DNA from: Geotalea daltonii FRC-32
GTDB taxonomy: Bacteria > Desulfobacterota > Desulfuromonadia > Geobacterales > Geobacteraceae
DNA: 32,000 nt
Assembly: GCF_000022265.1 (NCBI RefSeq)
Contig: NC_011979.1
Span: forward strand, 4,272,502-4,304,501
Direction of reading: 5' to 3'
Both the position numbers and the translations under genes were made by a program. This document shows, in pieces, positions 9,186-17,331 of the stretch. Under the pieces are notes generated by a model. That model searched no databases. It saw only the letters and a program-made list of their open reading frames with translations, and was not told the origin of the DNA. Each line of letters opens with the position of its first letter. Positions within the stretch are counted from its first letter, which is position 1.

Positions 9186-9521
9186 ATGTGTAAAATCTTT
9201 AGTCGATTACTCTTTCTTTCCTTCTTTTTCAGCTGCGGCTGCACCATGTTCGGCGCCTGGCGAACCATACCTCCGCCTGGAGGATGCGACCAGTGCCACA
9301 CCGTCTCTATTACCAACAACTGGAAAGTAGCTTACCACGCACCCACTCTCACCGACGAGCGAGACCGTGACTACTTCCAGACCGAAGCCTACAACATGCC
9401 CGACACCTCAAAACCCACCTCAGTGCTGGAATTGAGCAAAGTAGAAGAGCTTCGCTGTTTCGAGTGCCATAAATCGCCAAATGCTGCCCATAAGGGAAGA
9501 AAGGGGCGTTTCCACCATTGA
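9186..9521 (+). CDS. Small secreted (probably lipoprotein) di-heme c-type cytochrome, 111 aa
   Basis: The ATG at 9186 lies 6 nt after AGGAG. Hydrophobic signal sequence ending ..FFFSCGC. Two CXXCH heme-attachment motifs (CDQCH, CFECH). Its stop overlaps the pyk start (TTGA). Confidence 0.75.
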   Translation: MCKIFSRLLFLSFFFSCGCTMFGAWRTIPPPGGCDQCHTVSITNNWKVAYHAPTLTDERDRDYFQTEAYNMPDTSKPTSVLELSKVEELRCFECHKSPNAAHKGRKGRFHH

Positions 9522-10960
9522 AAACAACTTTCCGCAAGACCAAGATAATTGCCACTCTGGGGCCAAGCAGTTCTTCTGAAAAGATGATAACCCGCCTCAT
9601 GGATGCTGGTGTCGATGTTTTCCGTCTCAACTTTTCCCATGGCTCCCAGCAAGAAAAAAGAGCTCTCATCACCACCATCCGGGCTCTTTCGGACAGGAAA
9701 AAGGTGGCAATCGCCATTCTTGCCGATCTCCAGGGGCCGAAGATCAGGACCGGCCGCATGGCCGATGGGGCCATTCGCCTGGTGAAGGGTGAAAAACTGG
9801 ATATTACCACCGATGAAGTGCTCGGCCGTCCCGGACTGATATCCACCATCTACAAGGCCTTACCCCATGATGTGAAACCGGGATCGAAAATACTGCTTGA
9901 TGACGGCATGATTGAACTGAAGGTTGTTTCAATCTCCGGTAACGTCGTTCACTGTAATATTGTCGAAGGAGGGATGCTGAAAGATCTCAAGGGTATCAAC
10001 CTTCCCGGGGTGGCAGTTTCTGCGCCTTCACTTTCCGATAAGGACCGGGCGGACCTGGAATTCTGCCTTGAGATGGGGGTCGATTTTGTCGCCCTTTCCT
10101 TTGTCCGCCAGGCCTCGGATGTGGAGGGTATCAAGGAGATAATCCGTGGCAAGGGGCTCAATACGCCGGTGGTTGCCAAGATAGAAAAGCCTGAAGCCCT
10201 GCGCAACTTCAACAGCATCCTTGCCGTGACGGATGCTGTAATGGTTGCACGGGGGGACCTTGGTGTCGAACTGAGTGCAGAGCGGGTTCCCCTGGTGCAG
10301 AAAAGCATAATCCGCGCCTGTAATGAGGTGGGCAAGCCGGTAATTACAGCAACCCAGATGCTGGAATCAATGATTGTGCATGCCCGCCCCACCCGCGCTG
10401 AAACATCCGATGTGGCCAATGCCATTCTTGACGGGACCGATGCCGTCATGCTTTCCGGAGAGACTGCTTCCGGTGCTTATCCCATCGAGGCGGTGCGGAC
10501 CATGGCCAAAATCGCGCTGGATATCGAACACGCTGAACTATGGCGTATTCCGGCCATAAAACAGGTACATAGCGATAACGTTCCCGAGGCCGTCGCCGAA
10601 GCCTCCTGTCACGCCGCATCGACACTGAAGGCCAAGGCTTTGGTTGTTTTCACCCAATCTGGAAACACTGCCGCCCTCATCTCAAAGTTCCGTCCGCAAC
10701 TGCCCATTATCGCCTTTACACCATTTCCGGAAATCCAGCGCCGGCTTGCCCTCTATTGGGGGGTTAAAAGCTACCCTGTGGGCTCTGTGGGAGGCACCAG
10801 GCAGCAGATAAAGGTCGGCGAGGAAACACTGATGACCACAGGCTTCAGGAAAGGTGACCTGGTCGTTGTCTCCATGGGAGTGCCTTTAGAAGCAAAAGGC
10901 TCTACCAATCTGATGAAGGTCCACAGGTTGGGCACTGAAGGCTACTATGAGATTTTTTGA
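9518..10960 (+). CDS. pyk: Pyruvate kinase
   Basis: TTG start. N-terminus RKTKIIATLGPSS, FRLNFSHG, MVARGDLGVE, ATQMLESM and the C-terminal regulatory domain. 480 aa, a typical length. Confidence 0.96.
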   Translation: MKTTFRKTKIIATLGPSSSSEKMITRLMDAGVDVFRLNFSHGSQQEKRALITTIRALSDRKKVAIAILADLQGPKIRTGRMADGAIRLVKGEKLDITTDEVLGRPGLISTIYKALPHDVKPGSKILLDDGMIELKVVSISGNVVHCNIVEGGMLKDLKGINLPGVAVSAPSLSDKDRADLEFCLEMGVDFVALSFVRQASDVEGIKEIIRGKGLNTPVVAKIEKPEALRNFNSILAVTDAVMVARGDLGVELSAERVPLVQKSIIRACNEVGKPVITATQMLESMIVHARPTRAETSDVANAILDGTDAVMLSGETASGAYPIEAVRTMAKIALDIEHAELWRIPAIKQVHSDNVPEAVAEASCHAASTLKAKALVVFTQSGNTAALISKFRPQLPIIAFTPFPEIQRRLALYWGVKSYPVGSVGGTRQQIKVGEETLMTTGFRKGDLVVVSMGVPLEAKGSTNLMKVHRLGTEGYYEIF

Positions 10961-10971
10961 ACGGAGGCTGC

Positions 10972-12096
10972 ATGAGAAAGCTTTTTGACGAGATGCGGAT
11001 AAACCGCCTGGTGCTGAACAATCGTTTTGTCCGCTCCGCCACCTGGGAAGGAATGTGTGAGGAGGACGGGCGTCCTACGGCAAGGTTAGCCGCCTATTAT
11101 GCCAATCTTGCCAGAGGAGGAGCAGGACTCATCATCACCGGTTATGCTTTCATAAGCCCTGATGGCAAGCAACTTCCCGGTCAGATGGGTATTCATGACG
11201 ACTCTTTCGCCCCGCCCATGCGTGATCTGACTGCAGCGGTCCATGGCGCCGGCGGGAAAATCTGTCTGCAGATGGTCCATGCCGGAGGGCAGACCTCTGC
11301 CAAGGTCATCGGCACCAGACCTGTGGCCCCATCGACGCTACAGACCCCCCAGTTCCCGGAAGAGCCTGCAGAGCTTTCCTTGCAGGAGATAGGAAAAATG
11401 GTCCGGCTTTTTGGCGATGCCGCCGCAAGAGCCAAGGAGTGTGATTTCGACGCAGTTCAGCTGCATGCGGCCCATGGGTATCTGATCAACCAGTTCCTCT
11501 CCCCCCTTACCAACCGGAGAAATGATGCCTATGGGGGATCCATCGAGAACCGCTGCCGCTTCCTCCTTGAATGTTATGCCAGTGTGCGTAAAGGGGTGGG
11601 TAATGAATTTCCGGTGCTGGTCAAGCTCAATGGCGACGATAACCTTCCCGGGGGGTTGACTCTTGAAGATGCGCTCTTTGCTGCCCGCGCTCTTGATCAG
11701 GAGGGAATTGACGCCATAGAGGTGAGCGGCGGCACTCCTGCTTCGGGAGATTTGGCCCCTGTTCGGCAGGGCATTTCCACACGCGAGCAGGAGGCCTACA
11801 ACCTGCCAATGGCTTACCGGATTAAGGAAGCAGTCTCCTGCCCGGTCATGGTCGTAGGTGGGCTCCGATCCTTCGAGATCATTGAGGGAATTGTCCGCCG
11901 CGGTGAAGCTGACTACATCTCCATGTCGCGCCCGTTTATCCGTGAACCTGAGCTGGTAAGGCGATGGGAGAAGGGTGACGAAGCCAGGGCAACCTGTATT
12001 TCATGTAACGGCTGCTTCAAGCCCGGCTTGAAAGAAGGGCAGATTTATTGTGTTGTGAATAAAATCGAAAGGGAAAACAAGGGAATGTCGTTATAA
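10972..12096 (+). CDS. NADH:flavin oxidoreductase, Old Yellow Enzyme family (FMN TIM barrel with a C-terminal Cys cluster)
   Basis: Start at the ATG at 10972, 4 nt after GGAGG; the listed 10957 start overlaps the pyk stop and lacks an SD. Motifs RFVRSAT, QLHAAHGYLINQFLSP.TNRR.D.YGGS, and the CISCNGCF segment seen in the 2,4-dienoyl-CoA-reductase-like subgroup. Confidence 0.9.
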   Translation: MRKLFDEMRINRLVLNNRFVRSATWEGMCEEDGRPTARLAAYYANLARGGAGLIITGYAFISPDGKQLPGQMGIHDDSFAPPMRDLTAAVHGAGGKICLQMVHAGGQTSAKVIGTRPVAPSTLQTPQFPEEPAELSLQEIGKMVRLFGDAAARAKECDFDAVQLHAAHGYLINQFLSPLTNRRNDAYGGSIENRCRFLLECYASVRKGVGNEFPVLVKLNGDDNLPGGLTLEDALFAARALDQEGIDAIEVSGGTPASGDLAPVRQGISTREQEAYNLPMAYRIKEAVSCPVMVVGGLRSFEIIEGIVRRGEADYISMSRPFIREPELVRRWEKGDEARATCISCNGCFKPGLKEGQIYCVVNKIERENKGMSL

Positions 12097-12123
12097 ACTC
12101 TCTTTTTCCGAAGCTGCATGGTA

Positions 12124-12142
12124 AAAGCCCTCGTCGAGGGCT
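12124..12142. terminator. Bidirectional terminator hairpin between the convergent OYE gene and prfC
   Basis: AAGCCCTCG-t-CGAGGGCTT palindrome, flanked by an A-run on the left and a T-rich run on the right. It lies in the 52-nt gap between the two stop codons. Confidence 0.7.
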
Positions 12143-12148
12143 TCTTTG

Positions 12149-13732
12149 TCAGCTATGCTCACGGGTTGCATGGAATTGGATATCTTTCCAGTTTTCCATG
12201 GTGTTGTCCAGCCGCCACTGGCTCCCCGCCAAGTAGGCCAGATTCCCCTCCCCGTCCCGGTAAAGACTCATGGCTTCTTTCTTTTCAAATTCGTCCATTT
12301 TCTTCTTTTCCCCTGTCACCCAGCGGGCAGTTACATAGGAAACCGGCTCATAGGTGGCCTTGACCTTGTATTCATGCTCCAGCCGATGCATAACCACGTC
12401 GAACTGCAGCAAACCCACAGCGCCGACAATCCAGTCGCTTCCCATCAAGGGGCGAAACACCTGCGTAGTTCCTTCTTCCGCCAGTTGCACCAGCCCTTTT
12501 TCCAGAGCCTTCGATTTCATCGGGTCAAGCAGGCGCACCTTGCGGAAGTGTTCGGGGGCGAAATTGGGAATACCGGTATATTTAAGGTCCTCCCCTTGGG
12601 TAAAGGTATCCCCGATCTTGATGGTGCCATGGTTATGAATGCCGATGATATCGCCGGGATATGCCTCATCCACATTGGTGCGATCCTGGGCCATGAAGAT
12701 CGTGGCATTGGCAATCTGCACCTCGCGGCCGAGGCGGATGTGCCTGACCTTCATGCCCCGGGTGAATTTCCCGGAACAGATGCGGAAAAAAGCGATGCGG
12801 TCCCGGTGAGCCGGGTCCATGTTTGCCTGGATCTTGAAAGTAAAGCCGGAAAATGCCTCTTCGTAGGGGAAGACCTCTCTCGTTTCCGTTTCCCGCGGCT
12901 GCGGTGGCGGCGCGTGCTCGATGAAAGTATCCAGGAGCTGTTGAACACCAAACGTGTTGATGGCACTGCCGAAAAAGACGGGCGTCTGCAGCCCGGCCAG
13001 ATATGCCTCCTGCTCAAAGGGATGGGCTGCACCTTCCAGAAGTTCCACATCGTTGCGCAGCTCTTCCACCTGCGAGCCAAGCAGCTCATCCAGAAGAGGG
13101 TCGTCCAGCCCCTTCACGGTAATGGTCTGGCCAGTACCCCGGTCAGCCTCGGGATCGAAAAAGGTCAGTTCTTTGCTGTAGAGGTGGTAGGTGCCGCGAA
13201 ATCTTTTGCCCATCCCCACCGGCCAGGTCATGGGCGCACATTGTATGTTGAGGGTGCTCTCGATGTCGTCAAGAAGGTCAAGGGGTTCGCGTCCCTCACG
13301 GTCCAGCTTGTTGATAAAGGTCATGATCGGCGTATGTCGCAACCGGCATACTTCCAAAAGCTTCTTCGTCTGGCTTTCCACCCCTTTTACCGAGTCGATC
13401 ACCATTAGTACTGAGTCTACGGCAGTAAGGGTCCGGTAGGTATCTTCGGAGAAATCGTTATGACCTGGGGTATCGAGAAGATTGATCTCGTAATCCCGGT
13501 AGGTGAACTTCATCACCGACGAAGTGACCGAAATGCCGCGCTGTTTCTCCATCTCCATCCAGTCCGATGTGGCATGGCGTGCGGCCTTTCGCGCCCGGAC
13601 TTCCCCTGCCTGCTGGATGGCGCCCCCGAAAAGCAGCAGCTTTTCCGTTATGGTCGTCTTTCCAGCATCGGGATGGCTGATGATGGCGAAAGTGCGCCTG
13701 CTGTCAATTTCCTTCTCAAAATGCTTCTTCAT
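12149..13732 (-). CDS. prfC: Peptide chain release factor 3 (translational GTPase)
   Basis: G-domain motifs [17 protein letters not shown] and NKLD, with strong full-length RF3 character. The SD AGGAGCA lies upstream of the ATG. Confidence 0.97.
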
Positions 13733-13922
13733 TAACCTGCTCCTGTACCTGGCAACGCAATTAGTGCAGACGAAAGAAAGGCGAAGAGGTTATCTTCGCC
13801 TTAGGAAGTACCATTAAATAATGCCATGTCGCCCCTGAAAGGGCAATAAAAAACTGGGTTTGCAGATGGCCCATCCAGAAAACCTCTTCCTTTTATTGTT
13901 ATCTAAGTGATAGATTTAAATT

Positions 13923-14717
13923 ATGGACAGGACGATGCGCTCTCCCCTGCTGATCGATACCCATTGTCATCTTGCCGACCCGGCCTTTGCCGGCAGGTTG
14001 CCTGCCGTTATCCGGGCAGGCAGGATGGCCGGAGTGATGAAATTCATCGCCCCGGCAATCGAGCCGGAGGAATGGCAAAGGCTTCAAGTTCTCCATAAGT
14101 CCCATTCGGAAATTTTTCCAGCCTATGGCCTGCACCCCATGCATGCACGGCTATTTTCCCGAAGCGTCCTAGAGGAACTTGAGTCATGTGCGCAATCTGC
14201 CATAGCTATTGGCGAGATCGGATTGGATTACACCCTGGCCGTATCCAGGGAAATACAGATGCACTCTTTCCGCCAACAACTCAGGCTTGCTCGAAAGCTG
14301 GATCTGCCGGTCCTGCTCCATTGCCGCAAGGCCTTTCAGGACCTGATAACCATTCTGCAAAATGAGGGGGAGGGGCGGATCAAAGGAGTAATGCATGCCT
14401 TTTCCGGCAGCGTGGAAACTGCGGTAAAATGTATGGGTATCGGGCTTTACATTTCCATGGCCGGGACGGTCACTTTCGCCAATGCAGTCCGTCCGGTGGC
14501 TGTGGCCAGGAAAATGCCGCTCAGCCACCTGCTCCTTGAAACGGACGCGCCTGACCTCTCCCCCGAACCCTACCGTGGCACGTGCAATGAACCCGCTTTT
14601 CTCATGGCAACAGCAACTAAGATAGCCGAAATCAAGGGGCTGACTCTTGGAGAAGTTGCCGCCCAGACATCCAGGAATGCCGTCGAACTGTTTCGGTTGC
14701 CGGCATTATTAATTTAG
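13923..14717 (+). CDS. TatD-family metal-dependent hydrolase/DNase
   Basis: LIDTHCHL metal-binding N-terminus, GEIGLDY, HCR..., and the E.D.P acidic motif (LLETDAPD). The ATG at 13935 (MRSPLLIDTHCHL) is an alternative start. Confidence 0.9.
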   Translation: MDRTMRSPLLIDTHCHLADPAFAGRLPAVIRAGRMAGVMKFIAPAIEPEEWQRLQVLHKSHSEIFPAYGLHPMHARLFSRSVLEELESCAQSAIAIGEIGLDYTLAVSREIQMHSFRQQLRLARKLDLPVLLHCRKAFQDLITILQNEGEGRIKGVMHAFSGSVETAVKCMGIGLYISMAGTVTFANAVRPVAVARKMPLSHLLLETDAPDLSPEPYRGTCNEPAFLMATATKIAEIKGLTLGEVAAQTSRNAVELFRLPALLI

Positions 14718-14747
14718 ATTTTTCAATTACCATCATGAGGTTTATAC

Positions 14748-15524
14748 ATGTCGGCTTTGCACCGTTTTTCACGAACCGAATTGCTCATTGGCCCGCAAGG
14801 GCTCGCTACGCTTAAGGAAAGCTCTGTCGCTGTTTTCGGTCTTGGGGGTGTCGGCAGCTATGCCGCCGAAGCATTGTGCCGGGCCGGAATCGGCAAGCTG
14901 GTGCTGGTGGATTTCGATGACATCTGCCTGACCAATGTCAACAGACAGCTACATGCCATGGACGGCACTGTCGGCAAGGCAAAAGCCACCGTCATGGCTG
15001 AGCGGTTGCGGCTGATCAATCCTGAGGCAGAGATCATCCCCTTCAAGGATTTTTATACTGCCGAAAACAGCGACTTTCTCCTGGCAAGCGGCTACGATTA
15101 TGTGGTCGACGCCATCGATCACTTCACCAGCAAGCTACATCTGATTGTGACATGCAGGGAACGGCAGATACCGATTATTTCCAGCATGGGCGCAGCCGCC
15201 AAACTGGACCCGACCCAGGTAAAGGTTGCCGATATCTCTGAAACACATAAATGCCGCATGGCCCGTTCCATGAGGAAGCTGCTGCGGAAGAAAGGCATAT
15301 CAAAAGGGGTACAGGTCGTCTATTCCACCGAGGAATACCGTGAGCCTGAGGTTAAAGATGGTGGCTGCAAAGGCAACTGCATCTGCCCCAACAAGGATAA
15401 TCAGCAGTTTTCCTGCGAACACCGTCGGGTAATTCTCGGCAGTATCTCCTATATTCCTTCCATCTTCGGCCTTACCATGGCCGGAGTCGTGGTCAATTCC
15501 CTTCTTGATACCAATAAAAAATGA
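14748..15524 (+). CDS. tcdA: tRNA threonylcarbamoyladenosine dehydratase (ThiF/E1-like, TcdA/CsdL family)
   Basis: RFSRTELLIG..., Rossmann motif VFGLGGVGSYAAEALCRAGIGKLVLVDFD, then NVNRQ. Length and C-terminal region fit TcdA rather than MoeB/ThiF. Confidence 0.85.
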   Translation: MSALHRFSRTELLIGPQGLATLKESSVAVFGLGGVGSYAAEALCRAGIGKLVLVDFDDICLTNVNRQLHAMDGTVGKAKATVMAERLRLINPEAEIIPFKDFYTAENSDFLLASGYDYVVDAIDHFTSKLHLIVTCRERQIPIISSMGAAAKLDPTQVKVADISETHKCRMARSMRKLLRKKGISKGVQVVYSTEEYREPEVKDGGCKGNCICPNKDNQQFSCEHRRVILGSISYIPSIFGLTMAGVVVNSLLDTNKK

Positions 15525-15530
15525 CCACTG

Positions 15531-15558
15531 TTGACCGCTCTCTTTTTCCCGCTATACT
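15531..15558 (+). promoter_or_regulatory. Sigma-70-type promoter (TTGACC-16 nt-TATACT) for the ferritin-like/CXXCH gene pair
   Basis: TTGACC at 15531-15536 and TATACT at 15553-15558. It lies about 43 nt upstream of the ATG at 15601, which has a strong SD (AGGAGGA). Confidence 0.5.
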
Positions 15559-15600
15559 TTTCTTTACCTCACTTTTATTGGTGCATGACAGGAGGATACC

Positions 15601-16098
15601 ATGGGAAAAGAATACACGGTACAGGAAGCGCTGAAACTCGCCATTCAGGCCGAAAAGGACAGCATGGATTTCTATCGTCGTGCGGCTGCGGTAACGAAGA
15701 ATGAGAGAGCCAAGAAAGTTCTGGAACTTTTGGCCAACGAAGAGGTCGGGCACCTGAAGTCATTTTTCGACCATTACAAGGGAGGAGAATTCGGGGATCT
15801 CAAATCCTACATGGAGTCACCGCCCAACAAGAAAAATGCCATTTTCCTTGCCCTGGAAAAGGCTATCGATGAGGATACCCACGAACAGAAAGCGCTCGAA
15901 ATTGCCCTCAAGGAAGAGAAGGCCTGCATTGAACAGTACACCCTGCTAGCCAAGGATATCGTCGATCCCTTGGTGAGAAAGATATTCGAGCAGGTGGTGA
16001 AAGAGACGCAAAACCACTATGAGATGATTGAAGACGAATACATGCATGTCATGACCATGGTCCACAGGTCGGATCAGGACATCTACGTGAGGGAATAA
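15601..16098 (+). CDS. Ferritin-like/rubrerythrin-family di-iron protein (no rubredoxin domain)
   Basis: Four-helix-bundle pattern with paired E...ExxH motifs (AEKDS / EEVGH; EEKAC / ETQNH). 165 aa. Confidence 0.85.
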   Translation: MGKEYTVQEALKLAIQAEKDSMDFYRRAAAVTKNERAKKVLELLANEEVGHLKSFFDHYKGGEFGDLKSYMESPPNKKNAIFLALEKAIDEDTHEQKALEIALKEEKACIEQYTLLAKDIVDPLVRKIFEQVVKETQNHYEMIEDEYMHVMTMVHRSDQDIYVRE

Positions 16099-16395
16099 AT
16101 GTATTTATTATATTTAGTGGCTGCAATAATGATGTTGGCCAGCTCCGGCCATGTCCTGGCCGCCGCCCAGGGAGATGTCAGGGGAATAAGCCTCCCCCCT
16201 GCCGAAAACCGGATTATCGATGAGAAATGCCTTGGCTGTCATAACCGGCAAAAGATCGATGCTGCTGTAAAACAGCGGAAAAGCATGGAAAAGATCATGC
16301 GCCAGATGGAGGAAAAGGGGGTTACCCTGACTGATGCGGATCGCCAGGTGCTGGGGCATTTTTGGCAACAGAACCCCTTGAAAAAAGACAAGTAG
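16099..16395 (+). CDS. Small secreted protein with a single CXXCH motif (putative mono-heme cytochrome), 98 aa
   Basis: The ATG abuts the upstream stop (TAAATG). Signal peptide MYLLYLVAAIMMLASSGHVLAAAQG, one CLGCH motif, and a charged helical C-terminus. Confidence 0.65.
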   Translation: MYLLYLVAAIMMLASSGHVLAAAQGDVRGISLPPAENRIIDEKCLGCHNRQKIDAAVKQRKSMEKIMRQMEEKGVTLTDADRQVLGHFWQQNPLKKDK

Positions 16396-16452
16396 ACCTA
16401 AAACATGATGAGGCCGATATGCTAGGCTCAAGTACGTTTGAGTTCCGAATGA

Positions 16453-16488
16453 GCGGCAACACAGCAGATTGTTCCGCAATAGTTTTTT
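16453..16488 (+). terminator. Candidate rho-independent terminator after the small CXXCH gene
   Basis: GCGG(c)AACA-cagcagat-TGTTCCGC (8 bp with one bulge), followed 5 nt later by T6. Confidence 0.45.
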
Positions 16489-16499
16489 CAAAGCCCTGA

Positions 16500-16536
16500 T
16501 AAAAAAAGCTCCCCATTCAGCGGGAGCTTTTTTTTT
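16500..16536. terminator. Bidirectional rho-independent terminator between the convergent CXXCH gene and the SLT gene
   Basis: A7-GCTCCC-cattcagc-GGGAGC-T9/10. It lies 19 nt past the SLT gene stop on the minus strand. Confidence 0.8.
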
Positions 16537-16554
16537 GCCAGATTGGTCATGTTA

Positions 16555-17322
16555 TTAAACGCTGTAGTCTCGGTAGTATCTCTTCACCTTTACCAAGTAA
16601 TCTCTGGTTTCCCGCGGCAGCGACTCAGCATGCCTGTCAACGTTGCCGGGCCCCCAGTTATAAGCAGCCAGAGCGGAATCCACATTCCCGCCATAACGAT
16701 TGAGCATATCCTTTAAAAACCTTGTTCCGGCCATTACATTCTGTTCGGCATCGAAAGAATCGGTCACACCCAGCCCCTTGGCAGTGGATGGCATGAGCTG
16801 CATTAGCCCTTGTGCTCCCGCATGGGAAACGGCATGGGCATTGAAATTACTCTCCGCCTTTATCACTGCCTTGATCAGACCCACCTCAACCCCATACCGC
16901 TTGGAGGCGCGAACGATAATCGTCTCCAGTGAGGAGTTCTGGGCAACTGGCAAAGTGGTGGCAGGATGCTCTTCAGGAGCGATGCTTATCGCATTCGGGG
17001 CCTCAGGGGAGGCTGTAGGGTGCTGTCGCTGCTGCTCAAGGTATGTGGACAGGGCTCTGCTGATGGAATCAGCAGTGGGCATTGTACTGTAACCGTCATC
17101 GCTGCCTGCCAGAGATACTGCTGAACGCAGCATCTGCAGCCGGAGGATCTCTGCTGCCGTCTCAGCATCGGCGGGTGTTACACTGTTGACGAAGGTGGAG
17201 GTTTCGGAAGTTTTAAGAAGTTCGACAAATTTATCTTCTTTTTGCCTGTCACCAGAGTTAAGCCGCACCGGTGACCTAGCTGTTGCAACCTGCGGAGCGG
17301 TTTCGATCTGATTTATGGCCAT
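16555..17322 (-). CDS. Lytic transglycosylase (SLT domain, family 1) with about 125 aa of non-hydrophobic N-terminal extension and no signal peptide
   Basis: The C-terminal domain has the catalytic ES motif (KAESNFNAHAVS), GLMQLMP and AAYNWGPGNV. The N-terminus MAINQIETAPQVATARSP... has no hydrophobic segment. The start lies 9 nt after the EBP stop. Confidence 0.9.
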   Translation of the reverse strand: MAINQIETAPQVATARSPVRLNSGDRQKEDKFVELLKTSETSTFVNSVTPADAETAAEILRLQMLRSAVSLAGSDDGYSTMPTADSISRALSTYLEQQRQHPTASPEAPNAISIAPEEHPATTLPVAQNSSLETIIVRASKRYGVEVGLIKAVIKAESNFNAHAVSHAGAQGLMQLMPSTAKGLGVTDSFDAEQNVMAGTRFLKDMLNRYGGNVDSALAAYNWGPGNVDRHAESLPRETRDYLVKVKRYYRDYSV

Positions 17323-17331
17323 AGGGATATC

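Noticed and set aside
12146-13408. A 420-aa ORF on the plus strand, opposite prfC.
   Set aside because: It is a shadow ORF. It lies entirely antisense to a full-length RF3 gene with unmistakable GTPase motifs. The translation is low-complexity (His/Gln/Gly/Leu-rich) with no recognisable domain and no SD.
13749-13767. A sigma-54-like sequence, CTGGCAACGCAATTAGTGCA, in the prfC/tatD intergenic region.
   Set aside because: The GG-N10-GC spacing is not satisfied: AG sits at the -12 position. It also lies on the plus strand about 170 nt from tatD with no supporting UAS.
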